DNA of 38,382 nucleotides from contig LT649318.1 of assembly GCA_900128395.1 (NCBI GenBank), positions 1 through 38,382 of the forward strand. The letters run 5' to 3'. Origin of the DNA: Stramenopiles sp. TOSAG23-2 (Eukaryota). Position numbers and translations under genes: made by a program. The notes under the pieces were generated by a model that was given only the letters and a program-made list of their open reading frames with translations, was not told the origin of the DNA and ran no database searches. Of this stretch, positions 9,001-18,400 are shown in pieces (the stretch's first letter is position 1; each line of letters starts with the position of its first letter).

Positions 9001-10239
9001 GTGTGTCTTCTTATCGTGGCATTCGAACGAATCTCTTTCTTCATCTGGCAAATTGCCTTTACTGTCAGTGCATTTGGAAGTGAATATCCCTTCCCCATGT
9101 CCATTGCAAGGTGGCTCGTCGTTGCATTTATCCTTTGCGTCATATTCAGCCTTTGCACGTTGCTGACGTTCGTATTCTGCCTTCAATAATGCATATTCGC
9201 TTTGACAAATAGCATCGCCATCATCTGGCCCATCCTTTAAATAGAACGAAACAACACCACCCTCTGCCGCGTCGAATTCAACAGTTGTTAAGTATCGACT
9301 ATCTTTTGGCTCTGGAAAATCAAATTTGTTGCCATTTTCGTTTCCCAAGAATAATGCTGCTTGATTGCTGTATGAATGGCCACCTAACATACTTCCGGTC
9401 CATATGCCTTTACTTAACTTAGTATCAATACCTTCGCCGATGACTTCTCGAACCGCGCGGGGGGAACCGTGCACGCGCATCATTGGTGGTGCTTTTGGAT
9501 TTCCACCAATAGTTTTTAATGGCTTTGCCTCAGCTTTCTTGGAAAACGTATCTGTCCATTCCAAACCTTCATGTAGTCTACCACCTCTTTTGAAAAATTT
9601 AGGACGAGAATACAATGGAAACTCAAAGTCTTCATCAACTTGAACGTCAAGTGGTTTACAATTTTTTCCAACTCTAGTTTCCTCTGGTTCGTCTTGTTCG
9701 GCATCTGGGTTTTCTGCTTCTTCTTCTTTCTTTGCTTCCTCTTTTTGGCAAAGCTGGAAGGCCTCTTTTACATCCTCCTCGTCAATATCTTTGCACGGGT
9801 TCTGATCAATAAAACAGTACATAACTGCTTTCTTTAAGAACGGTGTGAACTTTGGGCAATTTTTTGATTTTAAATATTCCACGTAAGTCCACTCCTCTTT
9901 CTTTGTGTCTAGACCTTCTATTCTACAGTCTTTTCTTGTATTGATCTTTTTCACTTTTCCATCTGGGCATCTAATTTTATTTTTATCCACCGGCTGTGGG
10001 TTTGCTTGCTTTTGCACTTTTTCTTCCTCTTCCTTCTCTTTTATCTCATCTCCTGATGGAGGCCCAGGTTTTGTAACTACTCTTTTTTCTCGGTTTACAA
10101 CGTGTTTAGTTATCCTTGGGCTTTTTTTTTGTCCTTGTGATTTACGCTCATTTATTTTAAGATTAATACTGTTTACTTCCTGTCCTACTAACAATAGTAG
10201 CAAACACAGTGATATGAAACGGATATTACGCATCTTCAT
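6061..10239 (-). CDS. Secreted 1392-aa mosaic protein: signal peptide, split reelin-like beta-sandwich, EGF-like, VWD, CBM67/rhamnosidase-N-like lectin domain, C-terminal DNRLRE/CBM96-like domain
   Basis: Signal peptide MKMRNIRFISLCLLLLLVGQEVNS. EGF CNGHG...CTCKCEKGFKEPNC. VWD CRSVGDPH...FNLYDAGEFVW...GLCGYY. Lectin-like CVADKEMEVFADG...AGLMCSIGDSVVTSSSWRC...FDASTWPSAVELG...PW. C-terminal IKKAALRLYV...VALDITTWMRDWVNG...RPRLSI. No C-terminal TM seen. Confidence 0.85.
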   Translation of the reverse strand: MKMRNIRFISLCLLLLLVGQEVNSINLKINERKSQGQKKSPRITKHVVNREKRVVTKPGPPSGDEIKEKEEEEKVQKQANPQPVDKNKIRCPDGKVKKINTRKDCRIEGLDTKKEEWTYVEYLKSKNCPKFTPFLKKAVMYCFIDQNPCKDIDEEDVKEAFQLCQKEEAKKEEEAENPDAEQDEPEETRVGKNCKPLDVQVDEDFEFPLYSRPKFFKRGGRLHEGLEWTDTFSKKAEAKPLKTIGGNPKAPPMMRVHGSPRAVREVIGEGIDTKLSKGIWTGSMLGGHSYSNQAALFLGNENGNKFDFPEPKDSRYLTTVEFDAAEGGVVSFYLKDGPDDGDAICQSEYALLKAEYERQQRAKAEYDAKDKCNDEPPCNGHGEGIFTSKCTDSKGNLPDEERDSFECHDKKTHKCTCKCEKGFKEPNCLSVAKPNTNGGFRRCRSVGDPHPNTAAGANFNLYDAGEFVWSRHPDVPIEARLRTSPRGRVAVNRGFSLKKCKGAPFPNGEINFSGNMNGPCETISMDRCNFYLETCEGKLANKCKCQKIGRSFTSPMFKMKVTSHTMSVDGWSIQYSCGSYMDSYLTITSPRDGRSLGLCGYYGKNGAGGDTGNGNFLARSGSRGGHRMTSRAFYMSPLTIKSGKNSHFRCNGFVNAGKNTAYHFKRLGSTIGTHAELGMKMAEQMLTEQYARDKAWSLARMKDPSGNEVSTKEAGEICRKTIIKCSGMPVPDAAAMTACVADYVKVGHEEGKSVLKGACDVVKEDDENTEEDIKEDEVEEKLKLKESLPLKVPGKFDVVVQWCVKDCDKPATSACTAARKKVRDTKGKFTVKEANEKCAWKQMKAFPAKAYGDYFKCDQKLLAKNKVPSEKRKWCGWRPVTVGIPKEAIEAQIKAKGKMRIRFFQEHHKCYCCNVKGIDNIKITTGGLPIRCVADKEMEVFADGEELGYAAKNAIGYTWNDDFKTAYRFRAPCDTKVVGAKVKGSGSGRAGLMCSIGDSVVTSSSWRCTDEKKDLEGEGWDDKKFSTKKFDASTWPSAVELGRNQGEGTDPWGEIPSIPEKAFWIYTHDTFKQEETKAKCRIDLLNEAFQTYSKENPKASRWSCTSDDKDRQSPFSKALDQTSIKMAAVSVNEEDGSDTKAADSAGSSMIAYGGPGIAQWKNKPRGRIGYRLHGWHPDTRLQFASYAIDEKKKVYPKSTILVNIDVRKLVDKSTEGAMIKKAALRLYVTDSSTKPFYYCNSRYGMNVNNVNYKQFNITYFRYLNDCRIGYARKTDEFVALDITTWMRDWVNGYGSRNIAILFDGGAPGKSTKADAVGFATAKADIASQRPRLSISCHGDRVQPLVVFKEKKVELKHNNNQDRKNMHKLNHNQVGSKIQKLHRIAGHVHSRKN

Positions 10240-10274
10240 CTACAAATTGCTATGAATAACAGATAATAACCTTG

Positions 10275-10301
10275 TATATATATATATATATATATATATA
10301 T
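10275..10301. repeat. (TA)n microsatellite
   Basis: About 13 consecutive TA units just upstream of the 1392-aa gene. Confidence 0.9.
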
Positions 10302-10823
10302 TATGTATACACAACTACATATATGTAAAACTTTTGTATGTATGTATATATATGGGTGTGTATGATAATATGATAATGCAATCTTGTATATTATTATCTG
10401 ATGCAGCGAAGGTAATAAATAATGCTGTTTCAGCCTATTGCCACTAATGCTTTTCGTATGCATTACGTCCCCCCCATCTTTTTAAAAATCGAGGAAGAAG
10501 TTTTTTTATCTTCTTGCTTCGTTTTTATCACTATTATTGTTGTATATATATATAGATGCACATACTATTATTCATCGCTATAGCCCGCTTATAGCATTAT
10601 GTACCGCACACACCGCACTACGCATTAATAAAGCAAGAAAACTATAGGTAGCTAGCCCTACTGGTACGTAAGTGCGTAAGGCTAGATCCTAGTCTAAAAT
10701 CTAAAACATTTTGGGAATTGTTTGGTATTCTAATTTTCAATACAAGTATAACTTTCGTGTATAGCACTATAGTTTGATTCTTTTTATTTTTTTGCCATAT
10801 TATTATTTGTTGTTGTTATTGTT

Positions 10824-10859
10824 GCTGTCCCGGGCTGTCCAGCTGGCCAGCTGTGCACC
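10824..10859. promoter_or_regulatory. GC-rich patch in a divergent promoter region: GCTGTCC x2 plus a 14-bp palindrome
   Basis: gctgtcc at 10824 and 10834; perfect palindrome cagctggccagctg at 10840-10853. GCTGTCC is the reverse complement of the GGACAGC repeated at 28907-28925. Confidence 0.45.
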
Positions 10860-11016
10860 TTAACCTGTTGTTGTTATTTCTTTCTTCAAAATAATAAAAA
10901 TAATAATAAATTCGAAGTGAAAGTGTTGTAATAATAAGTAAAAAAGGAATATTTTAATTGAAAGCATTTTATTGTTTGCTGTGTTTTTTAACAAAAACAA
11001 ATGAGATAGAATAAAC

Positions 11017-12102
11017 ATGGCATTAAGACGACGACGCTCTGCGTTTCGTAGATATACTAGCATTTTTACCGTTGTGGTTGCTTTAATTGGATTTTTTATT
11101 TCTTCCTTTTTACGAAAACCTAAAATTGGATTACCAATAAATAACGAAAGATACATTGTTGATCTTGAATCATTTGAGACTATAATAAATACAAAATCGA
11201 AAGATGGTTCACAAACTGTCGTCAATCAATTACTATCAACTTTCATTCAATCTTCTTATGATGATTCATTATCACAATTTCTTCAAAAGTCAGAGGCGAA
11301 AGGCTCAACTAAAATTGGAATTCTCCAAATATATATAAAAGAAACATTATTTTGGTTATTACAAATGCTTTTAGGTTGGGCACGACCTGATGCTTCTGGT
11401 TTTGTCAATAAAGCATCTCTTTACGTTGGATCAAGACAACAGATATGGGCAGTACTGAAACCAGCACATATTAGAAAACCACCACAAAAAATGATCAAAC
11501 CACAAAATTTATTAGATTTGGGGAGTGGGAGTGGTACAGAAACCGTAAAGTTACAAAGTGTTTTAGGGATCAAACCAAAAGATGTTACATGTATTGAAGA
11601 TTCCTTTGCAATGCGCAATAAGTTACAATTATATGGATTTCAAACAAAAAAGTCACATAATGAATTGTCTGATACAGAAAAATTCACTCATGTTTCCTTG
11701 TTAAATATTTTAGATCGATGTGACATGCCACATGAAATATTATCAGCAGCAATACATAAGTTAGAAACGGATGGTATAATTATGTTGGCTATAGTCCTAC
11801 CATTCAAAGCAAAAGTATATATTCAAAAAAGATATATAAAATGGGGTAAACCAGCATCTCGAAAGCCTTATAAACCATTGAAGTTACAGCCTAAACCAAG
11901 TTATATAAAGGGGCAAAATAGCAATACCTTTGAAATCGCATTAATCAGGTTTGTTGAAACCATTTTATTACACCATCCAAATTTAGAATTAAAATCTTGG
12001 ACCCGTATGCCATATGTTAGCAGCGGCGATACACATTTTACTCACTACACAGCTGATATGGCTTTCATGGTATTTAGTTTATCTGAAAGTAGAGTTGGTT
12101 GA
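11017..12102 (+). CDS. METTL9: METTL9/DREV-family SAM-dependent methyltransferase (protein-histidine N-methyltransferase-like)
   Basis: FIQSSYDDSLSQFL, motif I LLDLGSGSG, SLLNILDRCDMP, LAIVLPF and C-terminal WTRMPYVSSGD...YTADMAFMVF parallel METTL9. There is an N-terminal hydrophobic segment. Confidence 0.85.
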   Translation: MALRRRRSAFRRYTSIFTVVVALIGFFISSFLRKPKIGLPINNERYIVDLESFETIINTKSKDGSQTVVNQLLSTFIQSSYDDSLSQFLQKSEAKGSTKIGILQIYIKETLFWLLQMLLGWARPDASGFVNKASLYVGSRQQIWAVLKPAHIRKPPQKMIKPQNLLDLGSGSGTETVKLQSVLGIKPKDVTCIEDSFAMRNKLQLYGFQTKKSHNELSDTEKFTHVSLLNILDRCDMPHEILSAAIHKLETDGIIMLAIVLPFKAKVYIQKRYIKWGKPASRKPYKPLKLQPKPSYIKGQNSNTFEIALIRFVETILLHHPNLELKSWTRMPYVSSGDTHFTHYTADMAFMVFSLSESRVG

Positions 12103-12104
12103 TA

Positions 12105-12155
12105 TACTTCGTACTCGTATTCGTATATATATACGAATAATATATACTCGTATGA
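12105..12155. other. TACG/CGTA-rich patch immediately after the METTL9 stop (convergent spacer)
   Basis: tacttcgtactcgtattcgtatatatatacgaataatatatactcgtatg. Confidence 0.6.
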
Positions 12156-12422
12156 CCCACGTGCGATAAGATCAGAGGATATGGAGGAATAAAAAACAGA
12201 CCCATAATATTTACTAAAATAAATATATTATTATTTTTTAAAAAATTAAAATTCTTACTACTAGTTTTTAAAAATTTTAATGTACTCTCTTCTTCTTTCT
12301 TTTTTTTACTTTTCTATTTTTACTTCTTCTCTATATTTTTTTTATATATTAATTTTGTTATTTTAAAAATATAAAAATCTATTCTTTCTCTATATTCTTC
12401 GTTTCTCTTCTCGCTAATTTCT

Positions 12423-15400
12423 TTAAAGTGCAGAAACGGCATCTTCCCCAATTAATTCAACTTCACCTAGACCATAACCAGCCGATACAATTTTCATCAT
12501 TTCAAAATATGGTTTCTTTGTCTCTTGTTTCCTATCTTGACTTGCACCAAAATAAACGTAAATATCTTGAGCTGGCTGACCCGGCTTTGTTGCAAATGGG
12601 TTGTAACTATCATAAACTTTTGCGTAACCGCTGTTATTTGGAATTGCACTATTTTCAGCATTTGCACAAGCATCGGAAACAAATCCAACACCATCCTGCT
12701 CTAATTTAATTTGGAAACGATGTTTTTTACCAGTTGCACGACATGGTATAACCCTTGGTCGTCTCTTTCCACGACTAGGTTCTTCCATTTGATAAATTGC
12801 CAATTCGTCACAATTATATGCGAATTTTAAAACATCAGGACTGTGTCCAAAAGACCATTTTCTTTGTGGTTTAGTCGATATCATGATAAAATGATCGTTG
12901 CATTTTCCTGGTGCACCTACGACAGCACCCGTAATGGTCGTTCCAGTAGCAGGCCATGCTTGAGCGGAATAAATTGCTAATTGATTTTCTGCGTCTCCAG
13001 AAAAGTATATACCCTTTGCATGCCCTGCTTGGTTCTCTAGCCCGTAATCATATGTAATTGCTTTTTTATCTGGGAAAATCCAAGCTTTTTTATCAAATTT
13101 TTTGAATGTATCGTACAAATATGGGAATTTCTTGCGAATTGGATTTTCATATACATCATCAATATATATCGCAACACTTTTCACTTTTTTGCGAGCTTGC
13201 GACAGTTGGAATTTTTGCATGTCAAAATCTTTGTCCTCCAAATTATATTTCTCTGCTTTGCCACGTTGTTTCTGTTTTTCATCAAAGTATTTAACTGTTA
13301 CACTCTTTGCATGATATCTATGTTTTTGAGCAATGTTAATAGCCCATATATCTTGAACACGATTGAAATTAATTGTAACCTCTGGATGTGGTACTCTACC
13401 CCTTGGTCTACTGTTCCAATTGTCTTTTTCTTTATTAGGGTATGGAGTAGCCCATGCTTGACCGTCAACAGTCATTCTTGATTTATCATAAATGCCATTG
13501 TGCAATTTTTCACAATTAAATTTGTATTCAGATTTTGACCAGAAACCTTGGTAGTATCTACCCAAGTTATATTTACCAATTAACCCGTTGTTGCATGATG
13601 CCCAAGCATATTTTCCCCAACTGGATCTTCTGTTTACATTGGATAATAAATTCCCGCGTAGAGATAATTGCCCAATGGAAAGTGTTGCTTTCTTGCAATT
13701 TTTTTGTGTTGCTGTTGTGAAAATACTGATATCATCCGCCGCGAATGGTACAATGTCATAGTCTTTAAAGTAGCCATTGCCTACATTAGTTTTTTTATCA
13801 ATATCTTCAACGTTGACCGTTCTTTCACCCCCTGGATATTTGATCAAAAATGTTTTAGGACGACATTCTGCTTTGCTCTCCTCAGCATGTACTAATCTTA
13901 ATTGATATACCAAGACTGGGAATGAAAATTTCAAGTTTACAGTCGCAACTTCAGAACTTGGTTTGAAATTAGTGTCTTTATATGTTGATTTTTTACCATC
14001 ATGCTTTAAAAGTTTCATGCATTCCGTCTCACTAGTTCCTTCTGATTTGCATGATTGTAATGAACCAGATAAATATAAATCCTCATATCGATTCTTCGTC
14101 CATGAAAATCCAGGGAAACCTCTACTATCCGTCTTTGATGGCATTTGGCAATATTGACCAGTGGTACATGCTCTAGATATTGTTCTAAATTGAGGTGGAA
14201 CAGACCAGCCTGTAGCAAGATTCAAGCCCATGTCTAAAGTGGACATCGTGATATTCTTCTCAGGTGTTGGACTATTAACATTGACACTTACGCGAACTGG
14301 CCATTTAACAGATTTTGATTCAATTTTGAATTCATCAATTGCAAATTCTTTAGGGCCAGATAATTTAAACATAGTTGAGCCGGATGCTGCAGGATGTGCA
14401 CCATTAGTGTTGTCATTGTACAAGTCAATTGTAACTTTTCGCCAGTGGCGATATCTATGGAATGTGTTAAATCCAGCAACAACAAACCAAGTGCTACCTC
14501 CATCACGCGATGCGCTAAGCGTAACACCTTTCGACTCGTATGTAGGCACCCATCCGAAGCCGCAAAGTTTGATAGAGAAGCTTACTTTTCCACCCCTCAA
14601 CACATTGACTGGGTTTGATATAATCTCACCGTCCTTCTTAAAAACCATTGCTTTTCCAAATGGACTGCCATATGCACATGATCCCCCAAGAATAGCTTCA
14701 CCATTTGTTGACTTCCATTTATTTGTGTCCCATGCACCTTCAAAATCTTCACCAAGAGCTACGCCCCCAGCGGAACCAGGGTATGATCTAGGCTTACATT
14801 TAACTTCGGTATCCGATACATACTCCGTTTCTAAACATTCTTCATTGTTGTAATACGCTTTGATGGATTTGGCACGCGTACTGTCGGCATTTAGGCCGAA
14901 ATTTTTCCCTGATATTCTAATTGATCCAGCAAATTTTCCTTCAGTACGTTGATATGGACTAGTGCTAGTTATATATGGACCCATAACCAACGATCGTGTA
15001 TCTACACAATTTCCAGTATCACTTACGCTTTCTTTAATATACGTTACCACTCCTGATTCTTTTGATTTTCCACAACTTGTTGCAGAATTTGCACTATAGT
15101 AAGTACAGCTACCACTTTTCACCGTAAATGCTGCACAACTTGCTAAATTGGCACATGATTTTTTACATTCCTTTAAAGTTTTCGTTTCCTTTGCTTTGAT
15201 TGGATTGCCTTGAAGATTTGCATTTTTATATTCAAAGAAATCCAGTTCGTAAAATTTACTTTTTGAAGATTCCATACCTAAACGATAAGATGATTGGCCA
15301 GCAACTGTTACATATACTCTTTGTGGTTGTAAACCATTTGATCCTCTAGCGAGTCGTTCATGTTGGTTTTGTGGAATTCTACAAAGTATTTCTGTATCAC

Positions 15401-18400
15401 TAATGTATGTAGCCGAGCCTTGGAAGTTTCCGAAACCACACATGTGGCGACCTCTATAGTTACTATAATATCCCGTTGGGTGGAAAAACTGGTTGCTGTA
15501 TATTCTTGTACCAAAATTTTTACCGTAGATCTTGAAGGAATAATCATACTGTTGCCACCAATTATCTGGATTACTGCAACCACCATTCTTTTGTGGACAG
15601 GTATTTGCCCAGGTGCGACCATGAGGATTGAATGCATTTAAATGCTTATCATTTGGTGCTGATGTTTTCAACATTGTTATCTTACTGATTTCTGGGGCAT
15701 CAAACGTATATACGGCGTCTGGATTATAATTAAGCCTAGCACTTAGTCCACCAACGGTCATACCTATTGGGAGATTTTTACCTATACCAGGATTGGTACT
15801 TAGCGTACAAGTTGCTTTCGTGTTGCTTATAATTTTCAGATCAGCACAAGCAATTTGACCAACTTTCATTATCGGTCTAGATCCTTTATTACAACCTCTG
15901 GTCATGATAGCTTCGATATTTAAGCCGAAATTTACCCCGGTAATATCCAATGTATTTCCACCAGTAGTAGGACCATGCAATGGTCGTACTTTTGTTACCA
16001 TTGGGCCATTGTAATCATATAAACTATTTCTTCTCGCAACATCATAATCACCAAGCTTCACATTTACAAATTTATTTGTACCAGTGCCAGTGTCTGCTAC
16101 GCATTCAATTAGCCTCGAGTTGACTCTAGTAAAACTTTTACATGGTTCACAATCAATCGATGGATAAACGGTTGGGCAAAATCTCGCTGAAGGGCCTTTC
16201 ACACCTTTAGTGGTCGTGTAGGATATGTAGGTAAAACATTTACCAAAATTTTCTCCATAAATTTTTGTTGATTGATTCCCGTAAGTTGGACCATTTCTTG
16301 GCAAAATAGTTGAAACAACTGGTCGCTCATACTCCCACCTTACGTTATCAGCCTTGGAATCGGAATACAAACCATTTACTGGTCCTAGGGATACTATGTG
16401 ATTTTTTCCTAATCCAGGAGGCACAAGGCATCGAGCTTCTGTATCACTGACCCAACGTGTCTGAAGACAATATGCATCTCCAATCTTGATAACTGGCGTT
16501 TGGGAGAAATGTTCATTTTGCATCTTCGGTTTATCGTAGACACCATGTTTTGCTTCGTCTGCTTTGATCAAACCCCACGTGGATCGCGTTGGGCCAAAAT
16601 TCCAACCTTCGATTGTGATCCAGTACTCTCCAGATGGTGCACCACATGCACGGCAACGGCCGGTACTGTTACTCGTGTCGATATTGCTTCTTGCTGGATT
16701 TACAACTTTTGAAACGACTGGACGATTATAATTTAGTAATACTTTTGGTTTACTACCTTGACCACCAAGCGTTACTTTCATCTTTCTTGCCACACCAGTA
16801 CCTGGTGGGGCAATGCATTCTAATCTGCTATCTGACAAATAATTTGTCTTGATACATTTATTCCAGCCTTTTCCAGTGTGGCTACTATCCGTTTCAAAAA
16901 CCCATGCGGTAAGCTTTTGCACATCTTCGATACTTTCCCACCAAGTAAAGTTATCTCTTCCATCTCTCTTCTCTTCTATACTGTAATCGCGACAACCGAA
17001 ATTGCGACCCTCTACTATAATTGCCGTCCCACCCTTTGCGCCAACATTTGCACGGCTGGAACTTCCAGCATATGCGCGAGTTGTTTCAGGGGCATCGTAA
17101 TTGAATCTGTAATCAATAACCATTCCACCTTTCAAACGATAGAACATATCTTTATCTAAATTTCTACCTTGTGGAGAATTGTCGTCGAAATATTCAGTTA
17201 GTAGTTCCCCAGTAACAACATCAAACGCTTTCAACACGGCTACTCCATCATCCATAGTTGCAGCTCTACGTGGCGTATTTCTAACGTCCGAGAAACGCAT
17301 ATCGCTTGATGGACTTAACACTTTACTTGCAATTCTACTCCATAAAAGTCTCCTGCGTAATTTATAAATTTCATTTCTCTCCTTATTTAACTCAGCCATT
17401 TTGTTGTTTACTTCAATGCGAGTGTCTCTAACGTTCTCTTCTGCACGTTTTGCTTGATTTTTTTTAATTTGAGCTACCGTTTCCTTTTGTAATTCTTTCT
17501 CGTACGTTTCTTGCATTTTTTCAACTTCTTCGCTTAACTTGTTGACATTAGATGGCGATGAATTAGCCCTATTCAATTCTTCATGAAGGAGAGCAATCGT
17601 CTTTTTCATTCTTGTCCCTAATTCTTCACGAATTGTTTTTTGTTCGGCTGAAAGTTGTTCCAACATTGGCAAAGCAGCTTGAAGTTTTTCTGCCTTTGTT
17701 ACAGCTTCTTCTAACTTTCCTTGTTGATCATCTTCACGCGATGAAACATCTGCTTCTTTAGCTTGCTCAATAAGACGTTTTGTATCTTGCTTTACGGCTG
17801 CCTGTTTCTCATTTGCTTTTGCAGTATTCCGTGCTTCTTCTTCTTGTTGCGCATTTGCTTTCTCGGCAATTTTCTCAGTTTTCTTTACTTCCGCATTGAG
17901 GTCATTCAAAACAGCAGCTTTTGCTGTTTTTGCTTTCTTAAGTTGGTATTCAGCTTCTTGTTCTTTTGCAGTTGCTTCTTGGAATTTACCCGCCTTCTTA
18001 AGCTGTTCTACCTCTTTTTTTAATGCAGGATTTTTCTTTGCTTTTTTCAACGCAACTTGAAATGCTTTTTGCAACTTCTTCATTCTTGCCGCTTGAATTA
18101 ATTCTTTGCCTTTAGTGCGAAGTAGCTTAATTTGTGATTGTTTTTGCTTGCCAAGTGCAGGATTAAGTGCATTAGCTATTAAATCTTCATCATTCTCGTT
18201 GCTTAGGCTGCCTTTATTCATGGCTTCAAACGCAGCTCTTGCAGCAGCACCTTTTGCAGCTTTCGTTTGTTCCTCGGCGGATCTCTCTTCATCTTCCAAT
18301 GCTTTTTTGCGAGCCTTTTTTGCCGCTTCGATATCGTCTTCAGCTTGCTCTTTCTTTGCTATTATCATTTCACTTTGCCTGTCCCAATGCTTAATTGCTT

